Positions 9,915 through 18,511 of a stretch of 43,546 nucleotides of DNA are shown here, in pieces. The position numbers and the translations under genes are program-made. The stretch's first letter is position 1, and every line of letters begins with the position of its first letter. The stretch is from an uncultured virus (IMG/VR IMGVR_UViG_3300010352_001897) (taxonomy: Duplodnaviria > Heunggongvirae > Uroviricota > Caudoviricetes), in IMG/VR virus record IMGVR_UViG_3300010352_001897. One strand, given 5' to 3'. The notes below the pieces were generated by a model, which did not search any database, had not been told where the DNA came from, and saw only the letters and a list, made by a program, of their open reading frames with translations.

Positions 9915-10217
9915 TTATATCTTATATTTTTGCTTAAACTTATTTGGCCTGTCAGTAGGCACTTCTTTATTGTTATTTGCGTTTGACATAATTGGGACGA
10001 CTGGTTCCTTAAAAACCCTTTGAGCTAACTCATCCATTAGGTCAACATGATCTTCATTAAACTCTTGGGTATTGTAGTATTTTTTAATGGCTCGAATAAT
10101 GTCATCGTAAATATTCATTTCATCTGAAGATGAATTAATACTTAAGAATATAGAAAAAACCTCATCAGCAGTTGATGAGGTTTTGTTTGAATTAGGTTTT
10201 AATTTAAAATAACTCAT
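9915..10217 (-). CDS. Hypothetical protein
   Basis: 100-aa ORF coupled to the upstream gene by ATGA overlap. Confidence 0.6.
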   Translation of the reverse strand: MSYFKLKPNSNKTSSTADEVFSIFLSINSSSDEMNIYDDIIRAIKKYYNTQEFNEDHVDLMDELAQRVFKEPVVPIMSNANNNKEVPTDRPNKFKQKYKI

Positions 10218-12550
10218 GTTACCTTAAATTTCATTTCCTTTTCAATAGTCATTGCAATTTTATCTTCAGATTCAGCTTCAAATATTTCTGAAGTATATAT
10301 TGCCCTACCGTTGATGATAGGAATGAACTCAGTTCTAAATTGTTCAAGTCCATCTTCTTCATACCAGACTACACCAACACCCTGTTGCCAGTTTTGAAGA
10401 TGTTTCATTCCTGGAACAATGCCTGGATCTAGCTTACAGAGACAACCAAAAGATGCGGCAGTGTACATGTGGAAATTATCATAAGCATCCCAAGTTGTCT
10501 TAGTAGCAACTTCATGGCGATGAATATGACCCTGAATAACAGAAACCCTTGCAGACTTCACCAATTCGGAAACTGTTGCTCCTGATTGTCCCTTAGCTAC
10601 TTCACCATGAATACATACAAGATTGCTATTAAGGGCCACCTTACCATTTGGATAGCTATGATATTCAATATCTAAATCATCAAGAGAAAGTAGATTTTGA
10701 ACAGATAGTGCAGAATTACCTTTTAAGTTATTGACACTCTTAAGTCCGGCCACTGACATTGCACGTTCATTTGTTAATTTATTGAGTCTACAATTTCCTG
10801 TTATTGATACTTTATCATTTCTCCTTACAACTAACGTATCATTAGGTACTGTGAAATCCCACACAATTCCTTTATAATTAACCTTACGTATGTGATTTTT
10901 AATTCTATCAATATATGATACTGTATTTTTTGTAAAATTTAATCTATATTGATTTTTTCTATATTCTGAAATTGAACTTCTATATCCGTTAATTGTTAAT
11001 AAATGTTGAACTTGGTCTAATACTTCCTTTATTCCATACAACATTAGCGAATTTGGATGATTTTTGACCCTAGATCCGTCGCCATCTACTAGTGATTGAA
11101 TGAACAGATCAACCTGTCGTTCTGACATTTCATAAGTCCATTCAGGTAACACATATTTTTCATTAATATGTTCATATATTTTTTTTGATTCATCGGAATT
11201 AATGTGTATTTCACATTGAGTACTTATTTGATTTTTTAACAAAACTCCACATATTTCACTAATATTTCTATTCCTTTCAATTAGTCTATATTTTATTTCT
11301 AGTGAATCTAATAGTGTAGTTATTAGGTTGACTTTTTCTTTTCTCTGATAAATAATAATGTTTTTATAATTACCTGTTTTTCTAGTACTACCATCGGTAA
11401 TAATCCATGCAATCAGCTTTATCATGTTATCACAAATATCAACGTCTTGTTTTAAGTTAATTCCTGATGAGTATTGTATTTTTCTACTATTATTCAATTT
11501 AACATCAGAAGCACAGATCATCTCAAAGTTATTAGGACTATTATTATTTGCCCAATACAATCTATGATTAGGAGTTACTAATAGGTCAGTAGATAATGCC
11601 TTTATTTCATACATTTCACCCTCATAATTATATATTTGAGCTTCAATAAATTTTTGAAATTCTATCTCTTTTGTTTTTTTATTGAAAGTTCCAATCTCGG
11701 TGTTATCGTCAACTTCATAATAGTATTTCCAACCGTCCTTAGTTAGAATTTGAGTATCTTCTGAGAAACATTCATGATTTCCTTCCAAATAGTCAATTTT
11801 AGTACTTTCGTTAATACATCTAAACTTACTCAACCACCATGACAATTCAACTAACGAAGCTTGAGTAGTGAAGTACATGTCAGATGGAACTGAATATTTT
11901 AGAGACATCTCAGCAAGATCCAAGTTGTCTCCTAATAGGACAATCCTGTCAGGATCTAGATAATGTGCAATCTGGAGCGCCACGTCCATTGCCTCTCTAT
12001 CATGAATTGAGACTAGAGAACCATTATTAATGTTTCTTCTAAATCCACACTGCATGTCAGGCAAAATCAATGCACATTTTAGATTTCCATTTCCTCTAAG
12101 TTTCCTTGGAGGATTTGCTGATAAGTTTACTTGAATCTTCGAAGGAAGTTGAAGTTCAATATTTACAACTTTTTTAACAATGTTTATTTTGGTTTGATGG
12201 TGAGTTACTCCTGCACTATCGTCCCAAGTATTGGAATTAACACTAGTAACTTCCCATTCATTAGGTGAATATCCGTTTTTATTTAAAAGCTGTTCAACTG
12301 TATATTCTACAGTTGAAGTATTATTGATAGTTTTTACACTATCTTCACTTTTAATTTCATTGTTATATTGTACCTTCATCTTAGGTTTTTCCTCAATATC
12401 AGGTATAGTAGTGATTGTTTTGGCTATTTCTGCTATTCTACGGCTATCTATAGAATATCTTGCAGAAATCTCTTTTAGAGACATTCCCGACAAATAATCT
12501 TTCTTAATTTTTTCCCTTATCTCTTCGGTATATTTTCTAAACTTTGGCAT
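10214..12550 (-). CDS. Calcineurin-like metallophosphoesterase with N-terminal HTH, intein-containing
   Basis: N-terminal HTH (YLSGMSLKEISARYSI); LPDMQ, GDNLD, GNHE, IHG and QGHIH motifs; intein immediately after GNHE. Confidence 0.85.
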   Translation of the reverse strand: MPKFRKYTEEIREKIKKDYLSGMSLKEISARYSIDSRRIAEIAKTITTIPDIEEKPKMKVQYNNEIKSEDSVKTINNTSTVEYTVEQLLNKNGYSPNEWEVTSVNSNTWDDSAGVTHHQTKINIVKKVVNIELQLPSKIQVNLSANPPRKLRGNGNLKCALILPDMQCGFRRNINNGSLVSIHDREAMDVALQIAHYLDPDRIVLLGDNLDLAEMSLKYSVPSDMYFTTQASLVELSWWLSKFRCINESTKIDYLEGNHECFSEDTQILTKDGWKYYYEVDDNTEIGTFNKKTKEIEFQKFIEAQIYNYEGEMYEIKALSTDLLVTPNHRLYWANNNSPNNFEMICASDVKLNNSRKIQYSSGINLKQDVDICDNMIKLIAWIITDGSTRKTGNYKNIIIYQRKEKVNLITTLLDSLEIKYRLIERNRNISEICGVLLKNQISTQCEIHINSDESKKIYEHINEKYVLPEWTYEMSERQVDLFIQSLVDGDGSRVKNHPNSLMLYGIKEVLDQVQHLLTINGYRSSISEYRKNQYRLNFTKNTVSYIDRIKNHIRKVNYKGIVWDFTVPNDTLVVRRNDKVSITGNCRLNKLTNERAMSVAGLKSVNNLKGNSALSVQNLLSLDDLDIEYHSYPNGKVALNSNLVCIHGEVAKGQSGATVSELVKSARVSVIQGHIHRHEVATKTTWDAYDNFHMYTAASFGCLCKLDPGIVPGMKHLQNWQQGVGVVWYEEDGLEQFRTEFIPIINGRAIYTSEIFEAESEDKIAMTIEKEMKFKVT
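10793..11770 (-). mobile_element. Intein (~326 aa) with LAGLIDADG endonuclease
   Basis: CFSEDTQILTKDGWK (block A), VTPNHRLY (block B), IAWIITDGS and QSLVDGDGS, VWDFTVPNDTLVVRRNDKVSITGN followed by Cys+1. Confidence 0.92.
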
Positions 12551-12620
12551 TAGAACCCCATTTTACTTACTATTTATCGACTATCCCCCTAATGTTAACA
12601 CTAAAACTCCCTGGAAATTT

Positions 12621-12629
12621 TGTTATAGT
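12621..12629 (+). promoter_or_regulatory. Extended -10-like element (TGnTATAGT) upstream of the putative structured RNA
   Basis: AATTTTGTTATAGT; a near-identical AATTTTGTTATACT lies at ~22230-22243 upstream of ORF 22263. Confidence 0.5.
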
Positions 12630-12636
12630 TGGTAAT

Positions 12637-12945
12637 GTTGAGGTTGAAATCTCAGCGGGAGCCTAAGTGGTACAGAGATCCGTCACTGAGTAACAGGTGG
12701 AGGAGAGGATAGGGTGGGAGAGAAATTCCATTTGAGTCCTTTTCGCAGGAAGACTGGCCTTAGGCGTATGAAATGAGCTAGAAAAACTCTAGCTAACTAA
12801 GAGCTTCAATTACGCTAATTTTGTTAAATTGAAGAAAAGTGTACATTTCATAGGGAACTGGTTAACTATTACCAAGGTTTTAGTTAAATCGCTCACTTCT
12901 TACACTTTCATCATTTATTGGTGAGGGGGGTAAGGGGGGAGTGCG
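12637..12945 (+). ncRNA. Putative highly structured non-coding RNA of unassigned family (possible replication primer)
   Basis: Nested stems: 12637-43/12650-56, 12661-67/12759-65, 12712-19/12726-33, 12735-43/12747-55, 12767-75/12844-52, 12776-82/12788-94, 12804-11/12827-34, and a long G.U-rich stem at 12890-12945. No ORF covers the region. Confidence 0.6.
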
Positions 12946-12960
12946 CCGAAACTTAAAGAT

Positions 12961-13008
12961 AATCATATAAACAATCATTTAAATGATCATTTAAATAATC
13001 ATAAAAAC
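12961..13008. repeat. Four tandem 12-bp AT-rich repeats (consensus AATCATTTAAAT)
   Basis: aatcatataaac / aatcatttaaat / gatcatttaaat / aatcataaaaac; includes the palindrome ATCATTTAAATGAT. Confidence 0.8.
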
Positions 13009-13115
13009 ACTAAAGATACTTGAATAGATATTATGTATAGATAATCATTAAATTATAAAAACTATAGATATATCTATACAATTGAAGAAATTAACGTTAA
13101 AAATCTTAAAATTGG

Positions 13116-13619
13116 GTGTTTAAATATTCAGTGGAAATGAAGGAACATATGGACAATCTTACGGATAAAGACTATGAAAACATTCTTGATGAGCATTTTA
13201 ATCTAACCAAGTTAGTTGAAATGTATGAAAATGACACTAAATTAGTACTTAATTATGACAGGCTAGTAAGTGCAAATTTGGATACTCCATCATTAGTTGG
13301 AAAATATGCAAAATTTCAAGCAATGGTTACTAATAGAGTAGCTGATCTTAAGGATGAATTGAAGAAAATAGAGACTGAAATAAGAGTCGCTTATAGAAAA
13401 GAAATAGCAAATCATAGAGTTGAAGTAAAGGGTGAAGTTGAAGATAGAATAGCTTTGGATAAAAGAACTCTTGATACTTTAAGTAAACTTCGTAAAAATG
13501 AAGCTAAGAAGCAATTACTTGATAACTATGTATATTCATTAGTTAGAAATAGAGATCATAATATTAGAAATCATATTGAATTTATGAAATTTAAAGATAA
13601 GACCTATTGGGACAGTTAA
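13116..13619 (+). CDS. uvsY: Recombination mediator UvsY-like protein (start could be ATG 13137)
   Basis: Helical protein ending RDHNIRNHIEFMKF, like the UvsY C-terminal R.F.IKNAIE..KF motif; adjacent to uvsW. Confidence 0.75.
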   Translation: MFKYSVEMKEHMDNLTDKDYENILDEHFNLTKLVEMYENDTKLVLNYDRLVSANLDTPSLVGKYAKFQAMVTNRVADLKDELKKIETEIRVAYRKEIANHRVEVKGEVEDRIALDKRTLDTLSKLRKNEAKKQLLDNYVYSLVRNRDHNIRNHIEFMKFKDKTYWDS

Positions 13620-13644
13620 TTTTAGGTAGAAAAATGTAGATTTT

Positions 13645-13668
13645 AGCCACATAAATAATTATGTGGCT
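13645..13668 (+). promoter_or_regulatory. Late promoter ATAAATA inside a 10-bp hairpin that sequesters the uvsW start codon
   Basis: AGCCACATAA-ATAA-TTATGTGGCT perfect inverted repeat; GTG start at 13663 lies in the 3' arm. Confidence 0.7.
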
Positions 13669-15294
13669 GTTCTTATTGATAAAATAGATAATTCATACGC
13701 TAGAATCGTATGGCAAGGTAGAGATCCAAGTGAATCTACCTATGCAAATCCTTTATCATTTTTGGATGGAAATTATGCCATACATACTCCAAATTATATG
13801 TTTGACGCCAGATATAAGAATAGGAAATTTACAAGATATGATGGAAAGATCCATCTATTTAAAAAGGAAATTGGAGCACTTCCAATTGGACTTATAAGCG
13901 AAGCGATTAGAATATTAAGTCTAAACGGTTTCAATGTAAAGATTACCGATAAGCTTAATGATCATTTAAATAAAAATCAATATGATGAATCTTCAATAGA
14001 CAGGTTTATTGAAGATTTCACCAATCGTAAATTTAAGCCTCACTTTTTCCAAATTGAAGCTTTAAAAAGTGCCATTAAGAATAAGAGAATATTGTTTGAA
14101 TCTCCAACAGGTTCTGGTAAGAGTTTAATAATTTACCTATTAGTTAGATATGTTCTATGGTTAAATAAAAATAGTAATTTCAGAATGTTAATTATGGTAC
14201 CAAGTATTACGCTAGCAGGTCAAATCTTTAGGGATTTTAAAATTGATTATGGTTGGACTTCATTAGATGATAAGGTTGGTATATATCATTCAGACGGATT
14301 GAGTGAAGAGTATTTGGCTGAAACTCTTCAAAAGCAAGTAATGATTAGTACTTATCAATCGGTTGATAGACTAATGAAAAAAGATCCAAGATTTAATCAT
14401 AAGTTTGATTTTGTGTTATTAGATGAAGCACATAAAGCTAAAAATGAAACTAAAGTCATAGTTAAACTATTAAATGCTTGTATAAATGCTGAATATAGAT
14501 TTGGATTGACAGGAACCATTCCAAAAAATTCTTTGTTTGAAAAAACATTAGAAGGATGTTTTGGAGTGAAAGAAATTCTTGTTGAAACTAAAGATCTTCA
14601 AGATTTAGGAATTCTAAGCAAGTGTAAAGTAGTTAAGGTTGAAATTCCATACACGCTGGCTTCAATAAAGTTTATTAAGACAAATAAGGTAAAATATGAA
14701 GATGAAGTTAATTTGGTCAGACTTAATAGGTCAAAATTATACGCCATTACTAAAATAATAAGATCTGGAAGAATTACCCCTGATCAAAATAGTTTAATAC
14801 TTTGCAATAATGTTGAAAATGGTGAATTGGACGATATTGCCAACCATTTGAGAAAATATCATCCAGAGTTTGAGGTTGAAATAATTCACGGTAAGATAAA
14901 ATCAAAGAAAAAAGATGAAATAATTGGATCAATGGAAACTCGACAAGGTGTGATTATTGTAGCCACATATGCCACCATGTCAACAGGAGTGAATATCAAA
15001 AACTTACATAATGGAATTCTTGCATCTAGTCTTAAGGCATACGAAACCATCATCCAAACCATGGGTAGATTACTTAGAAAACATTCTTCAAAGGCTGAAG
15101 CTGTACTGTATGATTTGGTTGATGATATCCAAATTACCATGAGAACTGGAAATATTTGGAGAAGCCATGTAAATGGTCATTGGGAAGAGCGCAATGAATA
15201 TTACATAGAAAAAGGCTTTCCAATTGAGTATGTGAGACTGGAGAAGGAATTTGATATCCTAAATACCATAAGTGAACTATCCAAATCTAACTGA
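13663..15294 (+). CDS. uvsW: UvsW SF2 DNA helicase
   Basis: SPTGSGKS, DEAH, GLTGT, STGVNIKNLH, QTMGRLLR, LYDLVDD; N-terminal DGKIHLF as in T4 UvsW. Confidence 0.95.
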   Translation: MAVLIDKIDNSYARIVWQGRDPSESTYANPLSFLDGNYAIHTPNYMFDARYKNRKFTRYDGKIHLFKKEIGALPIGLISEAIRILSLNGFNVKITDKLNDHLNKNQYDESSIDRFIEDFTNRKFKPHFFQIEALKSAIKNKRILFESPTGSGKSLIIYLLVRYVLWLNKNSNFRMLIMVPSITLAGQIFRDFKIDYGWTSLDDKVGIYHSDGLSEEYLAETLQKQVMISTYQSVDRLMKKDPRFNHKFDFVLLDEAHKAKNETKVIVKLLNACINAEYRFGLTGTIPKNSLFEKTLEGCFGVKEILVETKDLQDLGILSKCKVVKVEIPYTLASIKFIKTNKVKYEDEVNLVRLNRSKLYAITKIIRSGRITPDQNSLILCNNVENGELDDIANHLRKYHPEFEVEIIHGKIKSKKKDEIIGSMETRQGVIIVATYATMSTGVNIKNLHNGILASSLKAYETIIQTMGRLLRKHSSKAEAVLYDLVDDIQITMRTGNIWRSHVNGHWEERNEYYIEKGFPIEYVRLEKEFDILNTISELSKSN

Positions 15295-16831
15295 AGATAT
15301 TTTTAAGACAGCCGCAACTACATATTTTACCAATTCAGGATCATTGGTAGTTAAAGATGGCAAGATATGTGAAAATATTGGACCTGACTCCATAGTAAGG
15401 TATCCAAATATTACAAATGTAGAAATATATAAGGGGATTTATGTTAAGAGTAATCATTTCAACTTTTGGAATATTGTTTCTCCGTATTTGCCACATGGAT
15501 GTTATATTTCACATGCCTATGTTTCTCCGGAAAATCAAGCAAGAATAGGCGTTAAGCTTTTCCTGGAAAACTATCCAACTGTAGACGTAAACTCCTTGAT
15601 TTTAACTGCAGGTTCTGAACAAAATCCAGAATTAATTGGGAAGTATCAGGAATTATATCTGTTCCAATTAGATTATATTAAAATTAAGGGTGATCTGGCA
15701 AGTAAGGGTATAATATGGTCACTCCCAAATACTTCAGTCCACCAAAGAGGTCTTGCGCTAGACATTACATTTAAAAAGGAAAATTACACTAATTTAATTG
15801 ACATTATTAAGTGGTTTTACAATAACAATAATGTGGAGTTAGGGCTCAGTGGAGTATTCATAAAACAATCTGAAACTGAACTCCACATTGAATTTGTCGA
15901 AAGTACGTCTAATGTTACGAATTTCCTAGGTAATTCATATTTTATGATGAATGGTATAAATTCTCCTGTTTCTCAGTTTTTAGCCGACAAGGATAGAAGA
16001 TTTTACGAAATTCTAAAAAAGAATGGACACGTTGATCTTGTAGATACTGGCTATAGTAGAAGTGCCCTAGCGAGAATGCCAGATGCCGCAAAGCGCCAGA
16101 AAAGTGCCCTTGCAAAGGCTATTAGGGAGATCCTAGAGGAGGTTTTGGGAGGTCCAGGTGGAATCATATCGGCACTTCTTCAAGCCCAGCTAGACTACTC
16201 CCAGGGGCTAATTAACGGACTAATGGGAGCCCTATCCGTAGTTGCTGATGAACTCGACACGTTGAGCGAAGGAAGAGCATCTATACTAATAAGAGAAGCT
16301 ATTGAATCTGAGATTGCAAAGACTTCTGACAATGCTCTAATACGAAATAAGACCCTAACATTGACACCTCTAACGGTTAGTGACACTAAGGCATTAATGG
16401 TCAGAGAACAACCAGCAGTAACTACAAACAAAACAAACATTAAGAAGCAAAGGATTGCTAAGAGTGACAGTAATAGGGCAATTTCTAAGAAAGAACCTAA
16501 GACTACTCCACTTAATACCGAACCTACTTATGATAGTTTGAGAATACCAAATGGAAATGTGTCAGAACATATTTTACCGTATGATCACTTTGACGGAATT
16601 AGTACTGAATTTGTAATAAATCTAGAAAAAACAACTATTCCAAAATACACAACAACTGTTAATAGCATAACTTCACAATTAATAACTCACAATCTCAATA
16701 GTGATATTGTGAAAGCATACGCTATCGATTCAACAGGAACGGCTGTAGTATTCTCTCAAATTACCATGGACAAAAATAGCATTTCAATTGGCTTTAATAC
16801 TCCATTCAGCGGAACGATTGAAGTTTATTAG
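15272..16831 (+). CDS. Putative virion protein with a peptidase M15-like motif and C-terminal THNL-type beta domain
   Basis: SVHQRGLALDI...LHIEF resembles SxHxxGxAxD...H; C-terminal ITHNLNSD..AYAID resembles tail-fibre modules. Confidence 0.5.
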   Translation: MNYPNLTEDIFKTAATTYFTNSGSLVVKDGKICENIGPDSIVRYPNITNVEIYKGIYVKSNHFNFWNIVSPYLPHGCYISHAYVSPENQARIGVKLFLENYPTVDVNSLILTAGSEQNPELIGKYQELYLFQLDYIKIKGDLASKGIIWSLPNTSVHQRGLALDITFKKENYTNLIDIIKWFYNNNNVELGLSGVFIKQSETELHIEFVESTSNVTNFLGNSYFMMNGINSPVSQFLADKDRRFYEILKKNGHVDLVDTGYSRSALARMPDAAKRQKSALAKAIREILEEVLGGPGGIISALLQAQLDYSQGLINGLMGALSVVADELDTLSEGRASILIREAIESEIAKTSDNALIRNKTLTLTPLTVSDTKALMVREQPAVTTNKTNIKKQRIAKSDSNRAISKKEPKTTPLNTEPTYDSLRIPNGNVSEHILPYDHFDGISTEFVINLEKTTIPKYTTTVNSITSQLITHNLNSDIVKAYAIDSTGTAVVFSQITMDKNSISIGFNTPFSGTIEVY

Positions 16832-17552
16832 TCTTAGCTAGTTTTTCAATGTTAGATTTGAGTTTCTCAATGTAACCACTACGCCTTAGAAGCTTAAAAA
16901 CTAAATTATCATTTGAGAATTCGCCATCTTCACTTAGAGCAACATCTCTCATATTTGAGATTTTCTTTTTTATCTTTTTCAAGTCTTCTAGTTTACATTC
17001 AGTATGGTCAATTTTATTAATTATTGATGCTGTTTTGTCTTTAACATACTCGTAATCAATTTCAATATTTTCAGGGTCAGGTTTCTGAATCCACTTATTA
17101 TCAATTAATGAATATACTCCTGAATTTTTCCTAAATTTAACTACATCATTCATATTAGTTTCAACTTCAAATCCGCATATTTCATATTCATTATTCAGTG
17201 AATATAGTGTAGCTTTATCTCTGAAATAATTACTTACTAATTCAGTATCGTCATTAATATCTAGATATTTAACTATTACATGTATATCGAAGTCACTATG
17301 TTTTGACCACATATAATTGGCCAATCCACCCGTAAATACCATATCAACAATTTCTACTTTATTTTTCAAATCCTTAGTGCAGAATTCAAAAAAGTCTTCT
17401 CCTATGGCAAGGGCTTGATCTCTGACTTCTTCATTTAGAACGTCATCAAACCATAGGCTAGTATTCAATATGTTTTTTACAATAAGTGAGTCAATGTTGA
17501 TTTGTTCAGGCGAAACATCTTCATTTAATACAGTAAAGTTGGTAATTTTCAT
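16806..17552 (-). CDS. Pol-beta superfamily nucleotidyltransferase-like protein
   Basis: TGGLANYMWSKHSDFDIHV (G-G/S...DxD), GVYSL..NKWI, GEFS..NLVFKLLRR.GY. Confidence 0.75.
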   Translation of the reverse strand: MKITNFTVLNEDVSPEQINIDSLIVKNILNTSLWFDDVLNEEVRDQALAIGEDFFEFCTKDLKNKVEIVDMVFTGGLANYMWSKHSDFDIHVIVKYLDINDDTELVSNYFRDKATLYSLNNEYEICGFEVETNMNDVVKFRKNSGVYSLIDNKWIQKPDPENIEIDYEYVKDKTASIINKIDHTECKLEDLKKIKKKISNMRDVALSEDGEFSNDNLVFKLLRRSGYIEKLKSNIEKLAKTNKLQSFR

Positions 17553-17577
17553 TCAAATATTTAGTTATCATTGACCA

Positions 17578-18462
17578 ATGCTAAGACACGTAATTGTTGA
17601 TTTTGGAACCATATCGTATTGGAAACTATTTTCCCTTGTTTCTAAGGGGAAAGGATATGATGGCACAACTAAGAATATCTTTCTAATTCAAGAATCTGAG
17701 AATGAATTTCCTAATTGGTGTAATGTTGTTGATTCTGAAATTGTTAATTTTATAAACAGGTTTGATCCTGACAAATTAACTATTGCCTGCGACGGTCACA
17801 AGTTATGGAGAAGCAAATTCTACCCTAAGTATAAGGAAAATAGAAAGAAACAAAGNNNNNNNNNNNNNNNNNNNNNNNNNNNNNNNNNNNNNNNNNNNNN
17901 NNNNNNNNNNNNNNNNNNNNNNNNNNNNNNNNNNNNNNNNNNNNNNNNNNNNNNNNNNNNNNNNNNNNNNNNNNNNNNNNNNNNNNNNNNNNNNNNNNNN
18001 NNNNNNNNNNNNNNNNNNNNNNNNNNNNNNNNNNNNNNNNNNNNNNNNNNNNNNNNNNNNNNNNNNNNNNNNNNNNNNNNNNNNNNNNNNNNNNNNNNNN
18101 NNNNNNNNNNNNNNNNNNNNNNNNNNNNNNNNNNNNNNNNNNNNNNNNNNNNNNNNNNNNNNNNNNNNNNNNNNNNNNNNNNNNNNNNNNNNNNNNNNNN
18201 NNNNNNNNNNNNNNNNNNNNNNNNNNNNNNNNNNNNNNNNNNNNNNNNNNNNNNNNNNNNNNNNNNNNNNNNNNNNNNNNNNNNNNNNNNNNNNNNNNNN
18301 NNNNNNNNNNNNNNNNNNNNNNNNNNNNNNNNNNNNNNNNNNNNNNNNNNNNNNNNNNNNNNNNNNNNNNNNNNNNNNNNNNNNNNNNNNNNNNNNGATT
18401 TTAGTGCAGATTACTCAACGACCACGATGTTATTCAATAGAAAATTGTTTAAAATGCATTAA
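17578..18462 (+). CDS. rnh: T4-type RNase H / 5'-3' exonuclease, interrupted by an assembly gap (end and frame uncertain)
   Basis: IVDF, IACDGHKLWRSKFYPKYKENRKK, the FEN/RNase H motif WR...YP.YK..R. Confidence 0.8.
   Translation: MLRHVIVDFGTISYWKLFSLVSKGKGYDGTTKNIFLIQESENEFPNWCNVVDSEIVNFINRFDPDKLTIACDGHKLWRSKFYPKYKENRKKQXXXXXXXXXXXXXXXXXXXXXXXXXXXXXXXXXXXXXXXXXXXXXXXXXXXXXXXXXXXXXXXXXXXXXXXXXXXXXXXXXXXXXXXXXXXXXXXXXXXXXXXXXXXXXXXXXXXXXXXXXXXXXXXXXXXXXXXXXXXXXXXXXXXXXXXXXXXXXXXXXXXXXXXXXXXXXXXXXXXXXDFSADYSTTTMLFNRKLFKMH
17856..18396. other. Assembly gap (541 N)
   Basis: Run of N characters. Confidence 1.
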
Positions 18463-18511
18463 ACAGATAGTCTAAATATCTATCTAAGATAGAAATAAAC
18501 GGAGAAAATGT

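Noticed and set aside
12661..12735. Resemblance to RNase P RNA (AGUGGUACAGAGA; AGGGUGGGAGAGAAAUUCCA)
   Set aside because: The universally conserved P4 sequences (GAGGAAAGUCC and its 3' partner) are absent, so the RNA is left unassigned.
12961..13008. CRISPR array
   Set aside because: Repeats are 12 bp and directly tandem with no spacers; no cas genes.
17783..18475. Alternative 230-aa ORF across the gap
   Set aside because: Artefact of the N run; the RNase H motifs are in the 17578 frame.
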